Assembly (NCBI GenBank): GCA_964057225.1
Contig: OZ059898.1
Span: 20,584,001-20,648,000, forward strand
Direction: 5' to 3'
Origin: Auanema rhodensis
Lineage: Eukaryota; Animalia; Nematoda
DNA length: 64,000 nt
Of the stretch, positions 11,233 through 24,242 are shown in pieces (positions within the stretch are counted from its first letter, which is position 1; every line of letters begins with the position of its first letter). Below the pieces are notes generated by a model. It did not search any database. It saw only the letters and a program-made list of their open reading frames with translations, and had not been told where the DNA came from. Position numbers and translations under genes: made by a program.

Positions 11233-14200
11233 TTAGTGTATGTTGAGTTTCCATGTACACTCAACATTGCTTCCAAAAACATTTTGACAAAAATTTTTTC
11301 GAAAAATTTCAGAATAATTTAGCAAAAAGTAGATGTTTTTAGATTCCATTTTTCAAGGCAAAGACGATGGACAATGTTATTCAACGAAAAAATTATTCCT
11401 TCAGGGTGAAAATTGAGGATATAAGTGTGAACTTATATCAGTTGATATCTCGGTGCATTTTTAAGCTAGCGCAAATCTGATAACACAGATCGACGCAGCT
11501 TAAAAATCCGCATCGAATGCACTATACTACATTGAGAAACGCTTAATACAAAAATTAGTTATGATCGTTTGAAAAATGATGCATTAGTGTATGTTGAGTT
11601 TCCATGTACACTCAACATTGCTTCCAAAAACATTTTGACAAAAATTTTTTCGAAAAATTTCAGAATAATTTAGCAAAAAGTAGATGTTTTTAGATTCCAT
11701 TTTTCAAGGCAAAGACGATGGACAATGTTATTCAACGAAAAAATTATTCCTTCAGGGTGAAAATCGAGGATATAAGTGTGAACTTATATCAGTTGATATC
11801 TCGGTGCATTTTTAAGCTAGCGCAAATCTGATAACACAGATCGACGCAGCTTAAAAATCCGCATCGAATGCACTATACTACATTGAAAAACGCTTAATAC
11901 AAAAATTAGTTATGATCGTTTGAAAAATGATGCATTAGTGTATGTTGAGTTTCCATGTACACTCAACATTGCTTCCAAAAACATTTTGACAAAAATTTTT
12001 TCGAAAAATTTCAAAATAATTTAGCAAAAAGTAGATGTTTTTAGATTCCTTTATTCAAGGCAAAGACGATGGACAATGTTATTCAACGAAAAAATTAATT
12101 CTTCAGGGTGAAAATCGAGGATATAAATGTGAACTTATATCAGTTGATATCTCGGTGCATTTTTAAGCTAGCGCAAATCTGATAACACAGATCGACGCAG
12201 CTTAAAAATCCGCATCGAATGCACTATACTACATTGAGAAACGCTTAATACAAAAATTAGTTATGATCGTTTGAAAAATGATGCATTAGTGTATGTTGAG
12301 TTTCCATGTACACTCAACATTGCTTCCAAAAACATTTTGACAAAAATTTTTTTGAAAAATTTCAGAATAATTTAGCAAAAAGTAGATGTTTTTAGATTCC
12401 ATTTTTTAAGGCAAAGACGATGGACAATGTTATTCAACGAAAAAATTAATTCTTCAGGGTGAAAATCGAGGATATAAGTGTGAACTTATATCAGTTGATA
12501 TCTCGGTGCATTTTTAAGCTAGCGCAAATCTGATAACACAGATCGGCGCAGCTTAAAAATCCGCATCGAATGCACTATACTACATTGAGAAACGCTTAAT
12601 ACAAAAATTAGTTATGATCCTTTGAAAAATGATGCATTAGTGTATGTTGAGTTTCCATGTACACTCAACATTGCTTCCAAAAACATTTTGACAAAAATTT
12701 TTTCGAAAAATTTCAAAATAATTTAGCAAAAAGTAGATGTTTTTAGATTCCTTTATTCAAGGCAAAGACGATGGACAATGTTATTCAACGAAAAAATTAA
12801 TTCTTCAGGGTGAAAATCGAGGATATAAATGTGAACTTATATCAGTTGATATCTCGGTGCATTTTTAAGCTAGCGCAAATCTGATAACACAGATCGACGC
12901 AGCTTAAAAATCCGCATCGAATGCACTATACTACATTGAGAAACGCTTAATACAAAAATTAGTTATGATCGTTTGAAAAATGATGCATTAGTGTATGTTG
13001 AGTTTCCATGTACACTCAACATTGCTTCCAAAAACATTTTGACAAAAATTTTTTTGAAAAATTTCAGAATAATTTAGCAAAAAGTAGATGTTTTTAGATT
13101 CCATTTTTCAAGGCAAAGACGATGGACAATGTTATTCAACGAAAAAATTAATTCTTCAGGGTGAAAATCGAGGATATAAGTGTGAACTTATATCAGTTGA
13201 TATCTCGGTGCATTTTTAAGCTAGCGCAAATCTGATAACACAGATCGGCGCAGCTTAAAAATCCGCATCGAATGCACTATACTACATTGAGAAACGCTTA
13301 ATACAAAAATTAGTTATGATCCTTTGAAAAATGATGCATTAGTGTATGTTGAGTTTCCATGTACACTCAACAATGCTTCCAAAAACACTTTGACAAAAAT
13401 TTTTTCGAAAAATTTCAAAATAATTTAGCGAAAAGTAGATGTTTTTAGATTCCTTTTTTCAAGGCAAAGACGATGGACAATGTTATTCAACGAAAAAATT
13501 ATTCCTTCACGGTGAAAATCGAGGATATAAGTGTGAACTTATATCAGTTGATATCTCGGTGCATTTTTAAGCTAGCGCAAATCTGATAACACAGATCGAC
13601 GCAGCTTAAAAATCCGCATCGAATGCACTATACTACATTGAGAAACGCTTAATACAAAAATTAGTTATGATCGTTTGAAAAATGATGCATTAGTGTATGT
13701 TGAGTTTCCATGTACACTCAACATTGCTTCCAAAAACATTTTGACAAAAATTTTTTCGAAAAATTTCAAAATAATTTAGCAAAAAGTAGATGTTTTTAGA
13801 TTCCATTTTTCAAGGCAAAGACGATGGACATTGTTATTCAACGAAAAAATTAATTCTTCAGGGTGAAAATCGAGGATATAAGTGTGAACTTATATCAGTT
13901 GATATCTCGGTGCATTTTTAAGCTAGCGCAAATCTGATAACACAGATCGACGCAGCTTAAAAATCCGCAACGAATGCACTATACTACATTGAGAAACGCT
14001 TAATACAAAAATTAGTTATGATCGTTTGAAAAATGATGCATTAGTGTATGTTGAGTTTCCATGTACACTCAACATTGCTTCCAAAAACATTTTGACAAAA
14101 ATTTTTTCGAAAAATTTCAAAATAATTTAGCAAAAAGTAGATGTTTTTAGATTCCTTCATTCAAGGCAAAGACGATGGACAATGTTATTCAACGAAAAAA

Positions 14201-15444
14201 TTAATTCTTCAGGGTGAAAATCGAGGATATAAGTGTGAACTTATATCAGTTGATATCTCGGTGCATTTTTAAGCTAGCGCAAATCTGATAACACAGATCG
14301 ACGCAGCTTAAAAATCCGCATCGAATGCACTATACTACATTGAGAAACGCTTAATACAAAAATTAGTTATGATCCCTTGAAAAATGATGCATTAGTGTAT
14401 GTTGAGTTTCCATGTACACTCAACATTGCTTCCAAAAACATTTTGACAAAAATTTTTTCGAAAAATTTCAAAATAATTTAGCAAAAAGTAGATGTTTTTA
14501 GATTCCTTTATTCAAGGCAAAGACGATGGACAATGTTATTCAACGAAAAAAATAATTCTTCAGGGTGAAAATCGAGGATATAAATGTGAACTTATATCAG
14601 TTGATATCTCGGTGCATTTTTAAGCTAGCGCAAATCTGATAACACAGATCGACGCAGCTTAAAAATCCGCATCGAATGCACTATACTACATTGAGAAACG
14701 CTTAATACAAAAATTAGTTATGATCGTTTGAAAAATGATGCATTAGTGTATGTTGAGTTTCCATGTACACTCAACATTGCTTCCAAAAACATTTTGACAA
14801 AAATTTTTTTGAAAAATTTCAGAATAATTTAGCAAAAAGTAGATGTTTTTAGATTCCATTTTTCAAGGCAAAGACGATGGACAATGTTATTCAACGAAAA
14901 AATTAATTCTTCAGGGTGAAAATCGAGGATATAAGTGTGAACTTATATCAGTTGATATCTCGGTGCATTTTTAAGCTAGCGCAAATCTGATAACACAGAT
15001 CGGCGCAGCTTAAAAATCCGCATCGAATGCACTATACTACATTGAGAAACGCTTAATACAAAAATTAGTTATGATCCTTTGAAAAATGATGCATTAGTGT
15101 ATGTTGAGTTTCCATGTACACTCAACAATGCTTCCAAAAACACTTTGACAAAAATTTTTTCGAAAAATTTCAAAATAATTTAGCAAAAAGTAGATGTTTT
15201 TAGATTCCTTTTTTCAAGGCAAAGACGATGGACAATGTTATTCAACGAAAAAATTATTCCTTCACGGTGAAAATCGAGGATATAAGTGTGAACTTATATC
15301 AGTTGATATCTCGGTGCATTTTTAAGCTAGCGCAAATCTGATAACACAGATCGACGCAGCTTAAAAATCCGCATCGAATGCACTATACTACATTGAGAAA
15401 CGCTTAATACAAAAATTAGTTATGATCCCTTGAAAAATGATGCA
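11233..15444. repeat. 12-monomer block (copies 33-44), first copy of a 4.2-kb segmental duplication
   Basis: Order E-E-A-B-A-B-C-G-F-A-B-C with rare markers at 11414 (C>T), 11887 (G>A) and 14552 (T>A). Confidence 0.85.
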
Positions 15445-17266
15445 TTAGTGTATGTTGAGTTTCCATGTACACTCAACATTGCTTCCAAAAACATTTTGAC
15501 AAAAATTTTTTCGAAAAATTTCAGAATAATTTAGCAAAAAGTAGATGTTTTTAGATTCCATTTTTCAAGGCAAAGACGATGGACAATGTTATTCAACGAA
15601 AAAATTATTCCTTCAGGGTGAAAATCGAGGATATAAGTGTGAACTTATATCAGTTGATATCTCGGTGCATTTTTAAGCTAGCGCAAATCTGATAACACAG
15701 ATCGACGCAGCTTAAAAATCCGCAACGAATGCACTATACTACATTGAGAAACGCTTAATACAAAAATTAGTTATGATCGTTTGAAAAATGATGCATTAGT
15801 GTATGTTGAGTTTCCATGTACACTCAACATTGCTTCCAAAAACATTTTGACAAAAATTTTTTCGAAAAATTTCAAAATAATTTAGCAAAAAGTAGATGTT
15901 TTTAAATTTTTTATTTCAAGACAAAGACGATGGACATTGTTATTCAACGAAAAAATTAATTCTTCAGGGTGAAAATCGAGGATATAAGTGTGAACTTATA
16001 TCAGTTGATATCTCGGTGCATTTTTAAGCTAGCGCAAATCTGATAACACAGATCGACGCAGCTTAAAAATCCGCAACGAATGCACTATACTACATTGAGA
16101 AACGCTTAATACAAAAATTAGTTATGATCGTTTGAAAAATGATGCATTAGTGTATGTTGAGTTTCCATGTACACTCAACATTGCTTCCAAAAACATTTTG
16201 ACAAAAATTTTTTCGAAAAATTTCAAAATAATTTAGCAAAAAGTAGATGTTTTTAGATTCCTTCATTCAAGGCAAAGACGATGGACAATGTTATTCAACG
16301 AAAAAATTAATTCTTCAGGGTGAAAATCGAGGATATAAGTGTGAACTTATATCAGTTGATATCTCGGTGCATTTTTAAGCTAGCGCAAATCTGATAACAC
16401 AGATCGACGCAGCTTAAAAATCCGCATCGAATGCACTATACTACATTGAGAAACGCTTAATACAAAAATTAGTTATGATCCCTTGAAAAATGATGCATTA
16501 GTGTATGTTGAGTTTCCATGTACACTCAACATTGCTTCCAAAAACATTTTGACAAAACTTTTTTCGAAAAATTTCAAAATAATTTAGCAAAAAGTAGATG
16601 TTTTTAGATTCCTTTATTCAAGGCAAAGACGATGGACAATGTTATTCAACGAAAAAAATAATTCTTCAGGGTGAAAATCGAGGATATAAATGTGAACTTA
16701 TATCAGTTGATATCTCGGTGCATTTTTAAGCTAGCGCAAATCTGATAACACAGATCGACGCAGCTTAAAAATCCGCATCGAATGCACTATACTACATTGA
16801 GAAACGCTTAATACAAAAATTAGTTATGATCGTTTGAAAAATGATGCATTAGTGTATGTTGAGTTTCCATGTACACTCAACATTGCTTCCAAAAACATTT
16901 TGACAAAAATTTTTTTGAAAAATTTCAGAATAATTTAGCAAAAAGTAGATGTTTTTAGATTCCATTTTTCAAGGCAAAGACGATGGACAATGTTATTCAA
17001 CGAAAAAATTAATTCTTCAGGGTGAAAATCGAGGATATAAGTGTGAACTTATATCAGTTGATATCTCGGTGCATTTTTAAGCTAGCGCAAATCTGATAAC
17101 ACAGATCGGCGCAGCTTAAAAATCCGCATCGAATGCACTATACTACATTGAGAAACGCTTAATACAAAAATTAGTTATGATCCTTTGAAAAATGATGCAT
17201 TAGTGTATGTTGAGTTTCCATGTACACTCAACATTGCTTCCAAAAACACTTTGACAAAAATTTTTT

Positions 17267-17312
17267 CGAAAAATTTCAAAATAATTTAGCGAAAAATTTC
17301 AAAATAATTTAG
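17267..17312. repeat. 23-bp tandem duplication inside copy 50 (374-bp monomer)
   Basis: CGAAAAATTTCAAAATAATTTAG at 17267-17289 and again at 17290-17312; downstream register shifts by +23. Confidence 0.95.
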
Positions 17313-18275
17313 CAAAAAGTAGATGTTTTTAGATTCCTTTATTCAAGGCAAAGACGATGGACAATGTTATTCAACGAAAAAAATAATTCTTCAGGGTGAA
17401 AATCGAGGATATAAATGTGAACTTATATCAGTTGATATCTCGGTGCATTTTTAAGCTAGCGCAAATCTGATAACACAGATCGACGCAGCTTAAAAATCCG
17501 CATCGAATGCACTATACTACATTGAGAAACGCTTAATACAAAAATTAGTTATGATCGTTTGAAAAATGATGCATTAGTGTATGTTGAGTTTCCATGTACA
17601 CTCAACATTGCTTCCAAAAACATTTTGACAAAAATTTTTTTGAAAAATTTCAGAATAATTTAGCAAAAAGTAGATGTTTTTAGATTCCATTTTTCAAGGC
17701 AAAGACGATGGACAATGTTATTCAACGAAAAAATTAATTCTTCAGGGTGAAAATCGAGGATATAAGTGTGAACTTATATCAGTTGATATCTCGGTGCATT
17801 TTTAAGCTAGCGCAAATCTGATAACACAGATCGGCGCAGCTTAAAAATCCGCATCGAATGCACTATACTACATTGAGAAACGCTTAATACAAAAATTAGT
17901 TATGATCCTTTGAAAAATGATGCATTAGTGTATGTTGAGTTTCCATGTACACTCAACATTGCTTCCAAAAACACTTTGACAAAAATTTTTTCGAAAAATT
18001 TCAAAATAATTTAGCAAAAAGTAGATGTTTTTAGATTCCTTTTTTCAAGGCAAAGACGATGGACAATGTTATTCAACGAAAAAATTATTCCTTCAGGGTG
18101 AAAATCGAGGATATAAGTGTGAACTTATATCAGTTGATATCTCGGTGCATTTTTAAGCTAGCGCAAATCTGATAACACAGATCGACGCAGCTTAAAAATC
18201 CGCATCGAATGCACTATACTACATTGAGAAACGCTTAATACAAAAATTAGTTATGATCGTTTGAAAAATGATGCA

Positions 18276-21200
18276 TTAGTGTATGTTGAGTTTCCATGTA
18301 CACTCAACATTGCTTCCAAAAACATTTTGACAAAAATTTTTTCGAAAAATTTCAGAATAATTTAGCAAAAAGTAGATGTTTTTAGATTCCATTTTTCAAG
18401 GCAAAGACGATGGACAATGTTATTCAACGAAAAAATTATTCCTTCAGGGTGAAAATTGAGGATATAAGTGTGAACTTATATCAGTTGATATCTCGGTGCA
18501 TTTTTAAGCTAGCGCAAATCTGATAACACAGATCGACGCAGCTTAAAAATCCGCATCGAATGCACTATACTACATTGAGAAACGCTTAATACAAAAATTA
18601 GTTATGATCGTTTGAAAAATGATGCATTAGTGTATGTTGAGTTTCCATGTACACTCAACATTGCTTCCAAAAACATTTTGACAAAAATTTTTTCGAAAAA
18701 TTTCAGAATAATTTAGCAAAAAGTAGATGTTTTTAGATTCCATTTTTCAAGGCAAAGACGATGGACAATGTTATTCAACGAAAAAATTATTCCTTCAGGG
18801 TGAAAATCGAGGATATAAGTGTGAACTTATATCAGTTGATATCTCGGTGCATTTTTAAGCTAGCGCAAATCTGATAACACAGATCGACGCAGCTTAAAAA
18901 TCCGCATCGAATGCACTATACTACATTGAAAAACGCTTAATACAAAAATTAGTTATGATCGTTTGAAAAATGATGCATTAGTGTATGTTGAGTTTCCATG
19001 TACACTCAACATTGCTTCCAAAAACATTTTGACAAAAATTTTTTCGAAAAATTTCAAAATAATTTAGCAAAAAGTAGATGTTTTTAGATTCCTTTATTCA
19101 AGGCAAAGACGATGGACAATGTTATTCAACGAAAAAATTAATTCTTCAGGGTGAAAATCGAGGATATAAATGTGAACTTATATCAGTTGATATCTCGGTG
19201 CATTTTTAAGCTAGCGCAAATCTGATAACACAGATCGACGCAGCTTAAAAATCCGCATCGAATGCACTATACTACATTGAGAAACGCTTAATACAAAAAT
19301 TAGTTATGATCGTTTGAAAAATGATGCATTAGTGTATGTTGAGTTTCCATGTACACTCAACATTGCTTCCAAAAACATTTTGACAAAAATTTTTTTGAAA
19401 AATTTCAGAATAATTTAGCAAAAAGTAGATGTTTTTAGATTCCATTTTTCAAGGCAAAGACGATGGACAATGTTATTCAACGAAAAAATTAATTCTTCAG
19501 GGTGAAAATCGAGGATATAAGTGTGAACTTATATCAGTTGATATCTCGGTGCATTTTTAAGCTAGCGCAAATCTGATAACACAGATCGGCGCAGCTTAAA
19601 AATCCGCATCGAATGCACTATACTACATTGAGAAACGCTTAATACAAAAATTAGTTATGATCCTTTGAAAAATGATGCATTAGTGTATGTTGAGTTTCCA
19701 TGTACACTCAACATTGCTTCCAAAAACATTTTGACAAAAATTTTTTCGAAAAATTTCAAAATAATTTAGCAAAAAGTAGATGTTTTTAGATTCCTTTATT
19801 CAAGGCAAAGACGATGGACAATGTTATTCAACGAAAAAATTAATTCTTCAGGGTGAAAATCGAGGATATAAATGTGAACTTATATCAGTTGATATCTCGG
19901 TGCATTTTTAAGCTAGCGCAAATCTGATAACACAGATCGACGCAGCTTAAAAATCCGCATCGAATGCACTATACTACATTGAGAAACGCTTAATACAAAA
20001 ATTAGTTATGATCGTTTGAAAAATGATGCATTAGTGTATGTTGAGTTTCCATGTACACTCAACATTGCTTCCAAAAACATTTTGACAAAAATTTTTTTGA
20101 AAAATTTCAGAATAATTTAGCAAAAAGTAGATGTTTTTAGATTCCATTTTTCAAGGCAAAGACGATGGACAATGTTATTCAACGAAAAAATTAATTCTTC
20201 AGGGTGAAAATCGAGGATATAAGTGTGAACTTATATCAGTTGATATCTCGGTGCATTTTTAAGCTAGCGCAAATCTGATAACACAGATCGGCGCAGCTTA
20301 AAAATCCGCATCGAATGCACTATACTACATTGAGAAACGCTTAATACAAAAATTAGTTATGATCCTTTGAAAAATGATGCATTAGTGTATGTTGAGTTTC
20401 CATGTACACTCAACAATGCTTCCAAAAACACTTTGACAAAAATTTTTTCGAAAAATTTCAAAATAATTTAGCAAAAAGTAGATGTTTTTAGATTCCTTTT
20501 TTCAAGGCAAAGACGATGGACAATGTTATTCAACGAAAAAATTATTCCTTCACGGTGAAAATCGAGGATATAAGTGTGAACTTATATCAGTTGATATCTC
20601 GGTGCATTTTTAAGCTAGCGCAAATCTGATAACACAGATCGACGCAGCTTAAAAATCCGCATCGAATGCACTATACTACATTGAGAAACGCTTAATACAA
20701 AAATTAGTTATGATCGTTTGAAAAATGATGCATTAGTGTATGTTGAGTTTCCATGTACACTCAACATTGCTTCCAAAAACATTTTGACAAAAATTTTTTC
20801 GAAAAATTTCAAAATAATTTAGCAAAAAGTAGATGTTTTTAGATTCCATTTTTCAAGGCAAAGACGATGGACATTGTTATTCAACGAAAAAATTAATTCT
20901 TCAGGGTGAAAATCGAGGATATAAGTGTGAACTTATATCAGTTGATATCTCGGTGCATTTTTAAGCTAGCGCAAATCTGATAACACAGATCGACGCAGCT
21001 TAAAAATCCGCAACGAATGCACTATACTACATTGAGAAACGCTTAATACAAAAATTAGTTATGATCGTTTGAAAAATGATGCATTAGTGTATGTTGAGTT
21101 TCCATGTACACTCAACATTGCTTCCAAAAACATTTTGACAAAAATTTTTTCGAAAAATTTCAAAATAATTTAGCAAAAAGTAGATGTTTTTAGATTCCTT

Positions 21201-22487
21201 CATTCAAGGCAAAGACGATGGACAATGTTATTCAACGAAAAAATTAATTCTTCAGGGTGAAAATCGAGGATATAAGTGTGAACTTATATCAGTTGATATC
21301 TCGGTGCATTTTTAAGCTAGCGCAAATCTGATAACACAGATCGACGCAGCTTAAAAATCCGCATCGAATGCACTATACTACATTGAGAAACGCTTAATAC
21401 AAAAATTAGTTATGATCCCTTGAAAAATGATGCATTAGTGTATGTTGAGTTTCCATGTACACTCAACATTGCTTCCAAAAACATTTTGACAAAAATTTTT
21501 TCGAAAAATTTCAAAATAATTTAGCAAAAAGTAGATGTTTTTAGATTCCTTTATTCAAGGCAAAGACGATGGACAATGTTATTCAACGAAAAAAATAATT
21601 CTTCAGGGTGAAAATCGAGGATATAAATGTGAACTTATATCAGTTGATATCTCGGTGCATTTTTAAGCTAGCGCAAATCTGATAACACAGATCGACGCAG
21701 CTTAAAAATCCGCATCGAATGCACTATACTACATTGAGAAACGCTTAATACAAAAATTAGTTATGATCGTTTGAAAAATGATGCATTAGTGTATGTTGAG
21801 TTTCCATGTACACTCAACATTGCTTCCAAAAACATTTTGACAAAAATTTTTTTGAAAAATTTCAGAATAATTTAGCAAAAAGTAGATGTTTTTAGATTCC
21901 ATTTTTCAAGGCAAAGACGATGGACAATGTTATTCAACGAAAAAATTAATTCTTCAGGGTGAAAATCGAGGATATAAGTGTGAACTTATATCAGTTGATA
22001 TCTCGGTGCATTTTTAAGCTAGCGCAAATCTGATAACACAGATCGGCGCAGCTTAAAAATCCGCATCGAATGCACTATACTACATTGAGAAACGCTTAAT
22101 ACAAAAATTAGTTATGATCCTTTGAAAAATGATGCATTAGTGTATGTTGAGTTTCCATGTACACTCAACAATGCTTCCAAAAACACTTTGACAAAAATTT
22201 TTTCGAAAAATTTCAAAATAATTTAGCAAAAAGTAGATGTTTTTAGATTCCTTTTTTCAAGGCAAAGACGATGGACAATGTTATTCAACGAAAAAATTAT
22301 TCCTTCACGGTGAAAATCGAGGATATAAGTGTGAACTTATATCAGTTGATATCTCGGTGCATTTTTAAGCTAGCGCAAATCTGATAACACAGATCGACGC
22401 AGCTTAAAAATCCGCATCGAATGCACTATACTACATTGAGAAACGCTTAATACAAAAATTAGTTATGATCGTTTGAAAAATGATGCA
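18276..22487. repeat. 12-monomer block (copies 53-64), second copy of the 4.2-kb segmental duplication
   Basis: Same type order and same rare markers at 18457, 18930 and 21595; offset 7043 bp = 20x351+23. Confidence 0.85.
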
Positions 22488-24242
22488 TTAGTGTATGTTG
22501 AGTTTCCATGTACACTCAACATTGCTTCCAAAAACATTTTGACAAAAATTTTTTCGAAAAATTTCAAAATAATTTAGCAAAAAGTAGATGTTTTTAAATT
22601 TTTTATTTCAAGACAAAGACGATGGACATTGTTATTCAACGAAAAAATTAATTCTTCAGGGTGAAAATCGAGGATATAAGTGTGAACTTATATCAGTTGA
22701 TATCTCGGTGCATTTTTAAGCTAGCGCAAATCTGATAACACAGATCGACGCAGCTTAAAAATCCGCATCGAATGCACTATACTACATTGAGAAACGCTTA
22801 ATACAAAAATTAGTTATGATCGTTTGAAAAATGATGCATTAGTGTATGTTGAGTTTCCATGTACACTCAACATTGCTTCCAAAAACATTTTGACAAAAAT
22901 TTTTTCGAAAAATTTCAAAATAATTTAGCAAAAAGTAGATGTTTTTAGATTCCATTTTTCAAGGCAAAGACGATGGACATTGTTATTCAACGAAAAAATT
23001 AATTCTTCAGGGTGAAAATCGAGGATATAAGTGTGAACTTATATCAGTTGATATCTCGGTGCATTTTTAAGCTAGCGCAAATCTGATAACACAGATCGAC
23101 GCAGCTTAAAAATCCGCAACGAATGCACTATACTACATTGAGAAACGCTTAATACAAAAATTAGTTATGATCGTTTGAAAAATGATGCATTAGTGTATGT
23201 TGAGTTTCCATGTACACTCAACATTGCTTCCAAAAACATTTTGACAAAAATTTTTTCGAAAAATTTCAAAATAATTTAGCAAAAAGTAGATGTTTTTAGA
23301 TTCCTTCATTCAAGACAAAGACGATGGACAATGTTATTCAACGAAAAAATTAATTCTTCAGGGTGAAAATCGAGGATATAAGTGTGAACTTATATCAGTT
23401 GATATCTCGGTGCATTTTTAAGCTAGCGCAAATCTGATAACACAGATCGACGCAGCTTAAAAATCCGCATCGAATGCACTATACTACATTGAGAAACGCT
23501 TAATACAAAAATTAGTTATGATCGTTTGAAAAATGATGCATTAGTGTATGTTGAGTTTCCATGTACACTCAACATTGCTTCCAAAAACATTTTGACAAAA
23601 ATTTTTTTGAAAAATTTCAGAATAATTTAGCAAAAAGTAGATGTTTTTAGATTCCATTTTTCAAGGCAAAGACGATGGACAATGTTATTCAACGAAAAAA
23701 TTAATTCTTCAGGGTGAAAATCGAGGATATAAGTGTGAACTTATATCAGTTGATATCTCGGTGCATTTTTAAGCTAGCGCAAATCTGATAACACAGATCG
23801 GCGCAGCTTAAAAATCCGCATCGAATGCACTATACTACATTGAGAAACGCTTAATACAAAAATTAGTTATGATCCTTTGAAAAATGATGCATTAGTGTAT
23901 GTTGAGTTTCCATGTACACTCAACAATGCTTCCAAAAACACTTTGACAAAAATTTTTTCGAAAAATTTCAAAATAATTTAGCAAAAAGTAGATGTTTTTA
24001 GATTCCTTTTTTCAAGGCAAAGACGATGGACAATGTTATTCAACGAAAAAATTATTCCTTCACGGTGAAAATCGAGGATATAAGTGTGAACTTATATCAG
24101 TTGATATCTCGGTGCATTTTTAAGCTAGCGCAAATCTGATAACACAGATCGACGCAGCTTAAAAATCCGCATCGAATGCACTATACTACATTGAGAAACG
24201 CTTAATACAAAAATTAGTTATGATCGTTTGAAAAATGATGCA

